Source of the DNA: Squatina squatina
Taxonomy: Eukaryota
Reading direction: 5' to 3'
Assembly: GCA_031763465.1 (NCBI GenBank)
Contig: JARFOE010000219.1
Span: forward strand, 12,273,203 to 12,314,098
Length of the DNA stretch: 40,896 nucleotides
The notes under the pieces were generated by a model. It saw nothing but the letters and a program-made list of their open reading frames with translations. It searched no databases and was not told the DNA's origin. This document shows positions 25,118-35,125 of the stretch, in pieces; the first letter of the stretch is position 1, and each line of letters begins with the position of its first letter. The position numbers and the translations under genes were made by a program.

Positions 25118-25360
25118 TTTTGACAAGGTCCACACAAGAGATTAGTGTGCAAACTTAAACCACATGGTATTGGGGGTAATGTGTTGATATGGATTGAGAA
25201 CTGGTTGGCATACAGGAAGCAAAGAGTAGGTATAAACGGGTCCTTTTCAGAATGGCAGGCAGTGACTAGTGGGGTGCCACAAAGCTCAGTGCTGGGACCC
25301 CAGTTATTTACAATATATATTAATGATTTAGACGAAGGAATTGAATGTAACATCTCCAAG
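25105..25360 (+). mobile_element. CR1 ORF2 reverse-transcriptase fragment
   Basis: KAFDKV...[59 protein letters not shown]. Confidence 0.92.
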
Positions 25361-26287
25361 NNNNNNNNNNNNNNNNNNNNNNNNNNNNNNNNNNNNNNNN
25401 NNNNNNNNNNNNNNNNNNNNNNNNNNNNNNNNNNNNNNNNNNNNNNNNNNNNNNNNNNNNATGATATTAGTGTCTTTATACTGACAGTGCCTGACCTGAT
25501 GCACAGCGGGTCTAAAACAATAGGTTACATAACGAGGAACTGCCACTGATATCAGGTTCCCCCCTCCCAGTGGTTTCAGCCGCCTGCTCTTGGATTTGGC
25601 AATGGTACAACTTTAATTGCTACCACCGACGTAAAGCCCCATCATTATATTTTGTATTATCCTGTCAGATAAAGACACATTAACTGAGTCTACGTACGGC
25701 TCCCAAAGCTTTTTTTTTCATTGTGTGGTTTTTGCTCGTGTTCTTTTACAACACAACGGTATTGAGACAATAACCGAAACCAGCTGGAGCCTTAATAACC
25801 TGGATCCATGTAACACAAGTAGCTGTATATTGGATGGGCTATCCATTACCAAAACGTAAAACTTAATAGCAGTGTGTATTAAATTAACAATATCAAGCAG
25901 GTGGTAAAAGGCTTGCATTGTATTTCTCACAATTCAGTTGCATGGCATTATTGTTTACTGGGACAGGTAAACTGCTTTTCATGTTTGGGATAGCATAACC
26001 TGCAGATCTGGATACATATTACCTTTCCATTTGCACTTTTCTTTTCAAATACTAACTGACATGCTGGGCACTGCCAGCATCTCTTGTTTTTTTTAGTCAG
26101 CGTTTTAGCATTTGCACTGTTTTGCGTTGTATCTCAACTAACCAATATATAGTTCGATTAATCTCTAGCCCATCACTGTGCCTAGGCCGGGTGTCCTCTT
26201 CACCTAGGCCACTCCTGCTGTCACTTTTAAATTGATGTTATATGTATCAATACTGCCGAAAAGAACTAAAAGGAAGAAGCTACGCAG

Positions 26288-26570
26288 CCTTGGCTCAGTG
26301 GTAACACTTTTGCCTGAGTCAGCACATAATTTTGGCTGACACAGCAGTGTAATACTAAGGGAGTGTTGTCTTTCAGGTGGACATAAAATATGCCATGGCA
26401 TTATTTGAAAAGGAGTCCACTCAGCCAACACTGCTATTTCAACCAACATCACTAAAACAGATTATTCAGTCATCCATCTGATTGTTTTGTGGGACCTTGC
26501 TATCTGTGCAAATTGGCTGCTGCATTTGCCTATGTTATAACAGTGACTACACTTAAAAAGTATACCTGGC
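26288..26570 (+). mobile_element. SacSINE1/DeuSINE-like SINE with internal deletions
   Basis: Head tggctcagtggtaacact, then caggtggacataaaa, caacatcactaaaacagattat and aacagtgactacactt. Confidence 0.7.
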
Positions 26571-26576
26571 CATGAA

Positions 26577-26998
26577 GCATAGAAGCATAGAAAATAGGGG
26601 CAGGAGTAGGCCATTCGGCCCTTCGAGCCTGCTCCACCATTCAATATGATCATGGCTGATCATCCAAATTCAGTANNNNNNNNNNNNNNNNNNNNNNNNN
26701 NNNNNNNNNNNNNNNNNNNNNNNNNNNNNNNNNNNNNNNNNNNNNNNNNNNNNNNNNNNNNNNNNNNNNNNNNNNAGCCTTGAATATATTCAATGACTCA
26801 GCCTCTGGGGCAAAGAATTCCAAAGATTTACCACCCTCTGAGAAGACATTCCTCCTCATCTCCATCTTAAATGGGCTACCCCTTATTCTGAAACTATGCC
26901 CCCTAGTTCTAGATTCCCCCACGAGGGGAAACATCCTCTCGGCATCTACCCCGTCAAGTCCCCTCGGAACTTTACATGTTTCAATAAGATCACCTCAC
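26577..26998 (-). mobile_element. CR1 LINE 3' end (spans a gap)
   Basis: Tail catagaagcatagaaaataggggcaggagtaggccattcggccc, and MFPLVGESRTRGHSFRIRG from the ORF2 C-terminus. Confidence 0.85.
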
Positions 26999-27758
26999 GT
27001 ATAATGGTTTCTACTCTTGGCTGTTCTTCCTAAACCAGTGGATAAACTCTGAGTCAGAAAATTTCTCCTCTTGAACTCTACAAAATATTTCACAGATTAA
27101 GACAGCTAAATAGTGTCACAGCACATAAAGATTGCATCTCAGAATGGAGGTATTATTTCTGCCGGTAGGTACGAGTGCCTTAAACTAGAAAATGAGAGGA
27201 AAAGCTTAAGGATTAAGAGAAGTTTCTCAATGAGAACGAGCTGTTTTCTCGGGAGGGTCAGGAAAGAATTGTCCTTTCAACATGACTAAATGGTGCCATT
27301 TTAAAGTGCCAACTTACTGTGTCTGCAATGCAGGTGACCCAGCAAACTACCAACTGTTAATATGGTCTTTTGGTACTGTCCGGTCTACAAATGGTAGTAA
27401 ATTTTTAAAATCCTTTTTAGAGGGGCATGTTCGACATGCTAAAAATTTACGGGGAAATCCTTTTGTAGGAACAAGGCTGTCAGTACATTGACTAAAGAAT
27501 ATTTTTAAATATTCTTAATTATAGCTGAGTAGCTTTCTTGATATAAATCAAAACGATCTGATTCCAGCTGCCAGGACAGATGATGAAATGCGAGGTTTTC
27601 GTTTTTTGTTAAATTCACACATGCACAGTGTTTAATCGCTTGCATGTCCATGAGCATGGTACTTTTGTTCTTGTGCATGCTACAGTTCCATGCAAAGACA
27701 AGTGCATTCAGTGTGTCTAACATCTGGTTCTTTCCTTCTTTGCAATTTCTGCTTTCAG

Positions 27759-27776
27759 AGGTCAACCGCGTGCCAG
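27759..27776 (+). CDS. NRXN3: alpha-neurexin splice site 1 (SS1) microexon, 18 nt, (E)VNRVP
   Basis: Long pyrimidine tract ...tttctgctttcag|AGGTCAACCGCGTGCCAG|gtgagt with a consensus donor; phase 1 to 1. Size and order match the first SS1 microexon (human NRXN3 DVSQDP, NRXN1 EDNNVE, from recall). Confidence 0.8.
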
Positions 27777-28045
27777 GTGAGTTCTCCCTCCTCCGGGTGA
27801 ACTTCATTTAATCAAAACCGCTAACTTGCAGGGTGCAGCTGATCCTGTGGTTTACAAGAGAAAAAAAATGCAATGAAAATGCTAAGGTTGAGGGAAAAAA
27901 AATAATAAATATGTAGCATAGGACCCAATCTGCTACAATGATCCTGTATAGGTTTATGCAGCTGAATTTATTTGATTTAAAAACATCCCCCGTTATACAA
28001 AAGTGCGGTACAAGTCCAAAGAAATACCAGATCCGACACGTGGAG

Positions 28046-28146
28046 CATAGAACATAGAACATAGAACACACAGCACATAACAGGCCCTTCGGCCCACGAT
28101 GTTGTGCCGAACCTTTGTCCCAGATCAGAAAACAAATTAATCTACA
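28046..28146 (-). mobile_element. CR1-type 3' tail within the neurexin intron
   Basis: (catagaa)3 followed by cagcacataacaggcccttcggcccac. Confidence 0.7.
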
Positions 28147-29066
28147 NNNNNNNNNNNNNNNNNNNNNNNNNNNNNNNNAAGGAGATTAACTTACTAGTTA
28201 ACTTGAAGGTCACTGATTAAAAACACTTTTGTAATATTCAATGATTGGAAGCAGTCTCATTGAGAGAAATTGCTTTTGATTCAGCTGCTAAGCCGCATTG
28301 TAGAATTCACCTAAACTTAAAAAGAAAAATAATTTATGGAGTAAGTGTCTCATTCACTTTTTTTGGTCCTCCCCCACATCTCTCCTGCTCCGCCCCTCAA
28401 AATAATAGATTCCATGTTGTTTCTAACTATGTCACTGCAAGCAGATGATCCCGAATTCAGGAATAACTCACTCCATTGTAATTAGACCATCCTTTATGAT
28501 CATGGGAAATCGTGCATGCTGCACTTTTTTTTTATTGCTTAAAGGGGGAGGGGAAAAAAGCAATGGTTCTACTACTCGGTGGAACACCTTTGCTGAAAAC
28601 CTGGTGCATGTTTAGTTCCCCAGAGCTCAACAATTCACTGATGAGCCCTCAACCTGCCTGGTAATAATGCATGATTTAAAATAGCGGTTGATTGCCAGTA
28701 TAAGAAAATTAACTGCAATGTTCAAAGGTAAATATTTTTGAAAGAGGTGGGGGATAGTAAGCCGAGAAGTGCGTGTGCACAGCTTAAACTGCACAGTTGT
28801 CAGGAAAAAAAAACTGATAAAATTTGAGCAATTTTTTTTCATGCTACTCGTGTGTTTTCAGTGGCAAAAGGTGATTCTTGATTCTCCTGGAATCAGTGTG
28901 CTATTATTCAGCTCTTTTATGAGACAAGCTTTTTAGCTCATGGCGAAAAGCTTTTCAGTGTGATTGATGCCATACTTAGCCATAAGTATGTGACATCACA
29001 ATACCAACTGGTATTGTATGAAACTCTTGGTTTATTTCCTTTGACTTTTTTTCTTCCTCTTCAAAG

Positions 29067-29096
29067 GTTTCTCGCATCTGACGATGGGCGAGCAAG
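29067..29096 (+). CDS. NRXN3: alpha-neurexin SS1 microexon, 30 nt, GFSHLTMGEQ
   Basis: ttcttcctcttcaaag|GTTTCTCGCATCTGACGATGGGCGAGCAAG|gtatgc. Peptide matches NRXN3 GLSHLMMSEQ and NRXN1 GLAHLMMGDQ; phase 1 to 1. Adjacency to SNW1 favours NRXN3. Confidence 0.92.
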
Positions 29097-29414
29097 GTAT
29101 GCTACCTTTTTCTCTTTCTCTTTCTATTAACTTGCTTTTTTCTCCACTTGCTGCTCGTTCATTCAATAGCAATGCAGTAGGTGTATTCGTGTTTCCTGGA
29201 TAAGCTATTTTCTGGCCTTNNNNNNNNNNNNNNNNNNNNNNNNNNNNNNNNNNNNNNNNNNNNNNNNNNNNNNNNNNNCAGGCCTTTATTCTTTTAAAAA
29301 AAAAATTAATGCAACTGTTTTAAATGGTTGTGCTGAATGCTGAGTGGATGATTCAGATGGCATTGTTGAAGTGTGACTGTAATCACAGGGGTGATATTCC
29401 AAACGCATACCACA

Positions 29415-29416
<2 letters not shown>

Positions 29417-29452
<36 letters not shown>
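29417..29452. repeat. (GT)18 microsatellite
   Basis: Read directly from the sequence. Confidence 0.95.
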
Positions 29453-29457
<5 letters not shown>

Positions 29458-29892
29458 CATGCACACACATACGTATATTTTTCGATATTGTCATTGCATG
29501 ACCCCAAGGACTTACTGAAAATCCAACAGTGACTGGCAAAGCTGGGCTATCAATGGGTGGAGATAAATGCAGATGATATATTTTCACATTGGTAAGCATT
29601 GATATCCAGAGTTGCATTCATAGGTCTAAGAAGATTTTCTTTTTGCATTTTGGATTTGCCATTGCATGTCTGTGTATATTTTGGTTTACTGTGTTTTTGT
29701 GTGTTTGCGTAATCTTAAACTAATTTAGTGTATTACTGCAGAATTCTGCAATAATTCACAGGGTTTAAGTTTTTTGTTGTGTTTATAGTGTGTGGTGTGT
29801 TCAAGTGTTCCTAATCTGTTATCCTTCCCCTTCTTCATTGCTCCTCAATGATGGAATTCATGCTTACTTGGATCCAATCTTCATTTCTGTAG

Positions 29893-29904
29893 GTAGAAGT
29901 AAAG
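29893..29904 (+). CDS. NRXN3: alpha-neurexin SS1 microexon, 12 nt, GRSK
   Basis: tcatttctgtag|GTAGAAGTAAAG|gtagag. GRSK is the NRXN3-type peptide (NRXN1 has GKSK); phase 1 to 1, in the correct order after the 30-nt exon. Confidence 0.9.
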
Positions 29905-31150
29905 GTAGAGTTCTGTTTTTATTTTCCATTTCTTATTAAGATGTCTTTCTTTAAAAACACTTTTAATGTGCATATATATGATTGTTGATCTGTTATTGTG
30001 GTATCGTGGCTGAAAAGTTCATCAAATTATGGTGGCTATGGATGCTCTGTGTTACTCACATAATCTTCAGTTTTTCTGTTATGATTGTTTTTATAAAAAA
30101 AAAAATGCACACGGCAAATCCTTGGAAAAGCTCTACTCTAATAGTAACATGGGTTCAACTTAAATTGCAGTAAAAGATTAATGTGGTCTATGTGTTCCCA
30201 AGTCTGAATGTTTATCCTGGTAAGCATTAAAAATACGTTGTTGCATTAAGGTCCAATCACTTGTTTGACTGCTTTGGATTAACCAAACTGAGGGTTAACC
30301 AAACAATTCTGCAGTACTGCCATGCAGAATTATATTATTTGATGCTGCATCATGTGCAAGGTGTGTTATGAAGAAGAGACCTACTGTAACTGCAAAGCAA
30401 AAAAAATAAATGCAGTTAGTGGGACATCATTTGGTCAATGATGACTATTTTAATTCAATGTCTATACTTTGCAATGTAATTGTAATATCCTCCTTTCAAT
30501 GAGTTATAATGTGTGTATTTAAACTAAAATGCGAAAGGACAAGCTTTATCACACTTATTCCAGCTCAAATATGTTACTAACTGCAGTGCATTTGTATTTA
30601 TTATCTTGGCATCGTCATCTTTCATCCAGGCATTTTAAATACAATTGCCTATAATAATTCATGCAAATTTCTGTATTTTATTTTGCTTTCATTTTCTGTC
30701 TAAAAAAAGTTAATATTCTAACCAGGAGCAGGAATCCAAGCAGATTCATCCCCTCCATAACACAGAAACACAGAGGCAAATTGCACCACTTCATCATTGA
30801 CCAATCCTGGGACATGAATGCTTTCTGAGGCATTCTGGTCCTGTGACTCACTGGTACCTCTTGCCGATGGTTTTGTCCGCTCAGCTGAAGGAAGATCTAT
30901 CATTCAATCTCTCACTGATCAAACATCTTTTGCGTTCCTGTTGTATTCATTCCCATTTCATGCAATCATGCTCAATGTACTCCCGAGTGTTCTTACAATA
31001 AACGTCGAGTCAGCTCGCTGAGTAATAGAATTAGATTATTTCATAGAATCTTGGTAATGACTGATATATTTTACCCCGAATTCCAAGAAACTGCTTGCTT
31101 TTTCTCTCAATCTGTTGTATAATTTTCCTGTTTATTTCCCCTCCTCCTAG

Positions 31151-32050
31151 TTAACTTACTGATGATTTTGAGCCTGTCTCGGTGTAAGTGTTGTCTCTTC
31201 AAATGTGCCATTTTCTGCCTGGTGGCCACGGCAGTGGTGGATCTACTGGCCATTGTCCTCGACCTGATATTGAGGCAGATTCCGAATGTTTGCAGCGAAG
31301 AGTTTTGTTTAGTTGAGTCCATCCACTTGCGTAATATCCACACCATCCTTCTTCATGCAGCCACAGACTGTTCTGTCCGTTTCACCGTCACTTTCACCTT
31401 CGATCAATTTGTAGTCATTTGTCGCCAGAAGCTGAAAACTAAATATTGCACCGAGAAAACGGCGGCTCCAGTTCGAGGTCCAGTAACTGTGCTGATCGGT
31501 TTGAAGAACTTTTTCTGGTATTTTATCTTGGAAGATTGGTATAACTTTTACAACACCCCGTGGTTTTGTAGGCTTCCATTGGATATTCGGTATTCACTGG
31601 TCTGGGGAGCAAACGAGCTCCATCACGATATCCCGACACCAAGAGTCCCATTTGCTGTGATTCTCCTGTACATTGCTCTCACCCTGAGACACATTTTAGT
31701 TTCCAGCAGAGCCAGCAGGAGACTCCGGGGTCACAGCAGTTGGGAGAGTCCCAGAGATGCAGAGATGGAGAGCTGCATGATATCCATAATTTTACTGTTT
31801 GTGATCTCCGCTAAGTTCATCCTGTGAAGTGTGGTGTTTATGGAGTATTCTGTATGTATCCGGTTTGTGGTATTTGGGGTATGGTTTTGCAGAACTGGAT
31901 CTTTATGTATTGGAACTGGGATTGAAGCTGCAGATCCTGAGTTGCTGCACTAACACTGGAATTTATGCTGTGACTGAGACTAAGGTCAAAGAGCAGTTGA
32001 TGAAAGTTGGGAAATATCCCTTTAGCGTGATTGCGAAATTTAATAAATGA
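31151..32050 (+). pseudogene. GPR139/GPR142-like class A GPCR pseudogene, main coding exon (end of TM1 through TM7)
   Basis: Acceptor cctcctcctag|TT AAC gives (V)NLLMILSLSRCKC...DLLAIVLDLILRQIP. TM3 ATDCSVRFTVTFTFDQFVVIC (DRF changed to DQF), ICL2 KLKTKYCTEKTA, TM7 LQILSCCTNTGIYAVT. In-frame TGA at 31825-31827 plus a frameshift near 31864. No N-terminal exon found. Confidence 0.85.
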
Positions 32051-33643
32051 GGGAAAGAAGCAGAGACTGTGCAGCCTCACATTATCTGCAGCCTGATATT
32101 GTGAGATATCCACTCTCCCCCAGCGCAAATGTAGGGCCGATGAGTGGAGGGAATAGTAATACACTCCCTCACACACTATGTCCTCTGGGCTCCATTTGAG
32201 CAGCAAGTGAACCAGGTGATTTTTAACACGTTCACTCACACTCTGTTATACAGGTCCCTGTGAGGGGGCATTGATCGGTGTGATTATGAGCATGCTCACT
32301 CATAAACTCTCTACACTGCGCTCCATGTNNNNNNNNNNNNNNNNNNNNNNNNNNNNNNNNNNNNNNNNNNNNNNNNNNNNNNNNNNNNNNNNNNNNNNNN
32401 NNNNNNNNNNNNNNNNNNNNNNNNNNNNGACGGAAGTTAATTGTGTCTATTAATCCAGCTTTTAGTGCTCAACAATGAAAATAAACTCCTACAAGTATGT
32501 TCTTTAAAATCAAGAGATTTGTGTTTCACTGAATATTAATTGTCTAAATTTAAACCCGTTATATGAATTGGTTAGATATTCACTTGCCTGTCAGATGAAG
32601 AGCTAAATGTTGTATTGCATGCTTTTATTTTCATGCTGTCACCAGGTTATACAAATATGAATTTATTTGACAGAAAATGACTTCATCTCGCCAGAAATAG
32701 ATTAGGAAAAAAAAAGTGTGGAAACTAGTGCCATTTTTCCACTGTGCAGTTTTATTTTCAGTCTGGTTTCAGGGATAGGTCGACAGCTTTTTGATAAATG
32801 ATTTCATCGTTTGCACTTTCCGTTTGCTGCCTAATTAGGTTTTACAACATTATGTTGCGCTGTGTTTTTTTTAAAATATAAAAAGGAAAGACGCAAGTGT
32901 TCACTGTGGGTGATGTGTCAACTTGCTTGTTAGTGCTTTCACAAATCAGTGCTGAGGTTTCCATGGAATAGCAGATGTTGGTTGAGATTCTGTAAGACCA
33001 GAAGTAAGAACTAATTTGTGTAGAGATCAAAACGCTTGCATACTGTTTTCTATAGACTCCAGGAGAGAGAGGGGAATATATTTCATTGAGCATCAACACA
33101 CTTGGAGGGGGTGCGACGGTAGTATGGGTTGGGCGGGGTTGACACTCAATGGGAAGAAGAGTTGGACAGGGTGTACAACAGATTTTTATCCACTACCACT
33201 CATTGTGTGTCCCTGTTGAAGTTGAATTGCACCGTCTTCAGCTTCTAGGTTCAAAAATCTTGAAGTTATGTACTGAGGGATATTGGTATACCTATGAAGT
33301 TCCTTTGCTTGATCTTTCAATACAGATTGTAATCTCTTTGTTTGGGGAGGAAAAAACTGGTTAACATTTGTGTTAAAATAGCCAAGGAATTTTATTCCTA
33401 TAGAAATATCCCACATTGTCATTTTCAAAGCAATGGAAATGAGCTCTTTTCATTAGAAGCGGGCCATTTGGTATCCATTAAAACATTACTGGGAATAGGT
33501 ACCATACATTCGTATCTACTTTTGTTGTGCAATGTGCAAACGTNNNNNNNNNNNNNNNNNNNNNNNNNNNNNNNNNNNNNNNNNNNNNNNNNNNNNNNNN
33601 NNNNNNNNNNNNNNNNNNNNNNNNNNNNNNNNNNNNNNNNNNN

Positions 33644-33716
33644 TTTAATCCATTCAATTGACCCAACACCACTTCCCGACTAACCTGGATTTCCCTCAGT
33701 TCCTCCATCTCATTAG
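33644..33716 (-). mobile_element. CR1 ORF2 fragment
   Basis: EELREIQVSREVVLGQLNGL, which precedes the KSPGPD motif of CR1 RT; cut by a gap. Confidence 0.6.
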
Positions 33717-33974
33717 ACCCTCCAGTATATCAGCCAAGTGGCCATTCTCTTGGTGTGAGCCGGGGCACTCTGTGCCAGTGAACTACGGAGAATCCATTCA
33801 CTCCTAATCCGCACAGTTACACTTTTGAAGCAGACGCGACTGATTTTCCCTCCACTTGCTGTTGGTGTTGAGCCAAGTTTAGCAGTTTATGATGAGATCA
33901 GCTAACTCAACAGACAGTGGGATTATGGTTTCATGTCCTGTCTGAGGCAAGCAAGTTCAACGGTTTAAATAAGA

Positions 33975-34135
33975 GAAAAAAACTGCGGATGCTGGAAATG
34001 TTAAATAAAAACAGAAAATGTTGGAAGTGTGTGGGATGTCTTCTAATGAAGGGCCCACACCTGATCTGTTGATCAAACTTTGATTACATACACTGCTGCA
34101 GCTGATGCATATTTCTAGCATTTTATGTTTATAAG
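33975..34135. mobile_element. short palindromic interspersed element, unclassified
   Basis: ataaaaacagaaaatgttggaa and atttctagcattttatgtttat form imperfect inverted ends. Related sequence lies at 34200-34315. Confidence 0.45.
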
Positions 34136-34974
34136 TTCAGCATTTTAATTTCCAGATTGCAGTTTGGGGAGGGGGCGGGGCAACAGTTAGTCTCAGCAAT
34201 GAAAACAGAAAATGATACACAGTAAGTTGGTCAGCACCTAATGGAGAAAAGGTTGGTTAACATTTCAGCAGGAATCCATCACCAGACCCTTCTTCCAGTA
34301 TTTGTTCTATTTTTACCTCGTTCCACTCGCTGATGGATAATAAATGATTTACATTCATACATGTAATTTATCAGCACTGCCATTTCAATGCAAGGTGACA
34401 GGATTTTCTGACCGCTTAACTTGCTTTTCTGACAAAGTGAGATGACATTTAAAAACCCAGTGTTGCAGTTTTTATTGACGATAAGATGGTCTGAATTCAT
34501 TTCGATGAGAACCAGACATCTTAAATGCCATTTGACTCGTGTTGAGGTTTTCCAGCGGATCCCACCGAATGCCTAATCCTCCTCACTCTCGGTTGTTCAT
34601 GAATTAATTATTCATGCAAGAGGAAAGCTGGCTGTTGATATAATACCACATTTCCATTTAGAATGACAGACCTGGAAATGGCACGGTCAGGCAGACAAAG
34701 TCCTCAAATTATAAAAAAAAATCTCTGTGAAACTTGCCCTTCTATGATTTGGGCTAATTAAAATGAACACGGCAAAGTGAATTAATTAACACCACTAAAT
34801 GAAGCATGTAGCTCATTGCTGCCAGTAAAACACTTTGTGATCTGGGGCGTGGAGGATGCAAAAAAAAACCCAATCATTTCTCTCTTGTTCTTTTGACCTA
34901 CCAGCACTTGTTTGAAAGGAGCCCCAAGTTTCGCTTAGTTTTCTTTTCACGGTGCCTTGAATTGTAGGAGTCAA

Positions 34975-35125
34975 GTCTCATCCGAAAGACGACACCTCTG
35001 ACGGTGCAGTGCTCCCTCAGCACTGCACTGGGAGCGTCAGCCTGGATTTGTGTGCTCAGGGGTTTGGCGTGGGAGTTGAACCCACAACCTTCCGATGTCG
35101 AGGTGAGAGTGCTACCACCGAACCG
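34975..35125 (-). mobile_element. SacSINE1/DeuSINE-like SINE, 5' half
   Basis: Reverse complement of 6012-6138 plus the tRNA head (ttgaacccacaaccttc...gagagtgctacc). Confidence 0.8.

Noticed and set aside
30185-30225. CCTG|gtaagc as a possible donor of the missing GPCR exon 1
   Set aside because: The upstream translation does not resemble a TM1 segment ending in GVP.
33056-33085. gagagagaggggaatatatt resembling the neurexin GKEEYI exon start
   Set aside because: It is not followed by ATFxGSEY, so the LNS2 exon is not here.
34222-34245. gttggtcagcaccta = VGQHL, resembling an ADCK1 motif
   Set aside because: It is preceded by an in-frame TAA, lies in a repeat-like element and is on the wrong side of the neurexin exons.
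35040-35125. tRNA-like A/B boxes (also at 6012, 24745 and 26288)
   Set aside because: They are SINE heads continuing into SINE bodies, with no complete cloverleaf.
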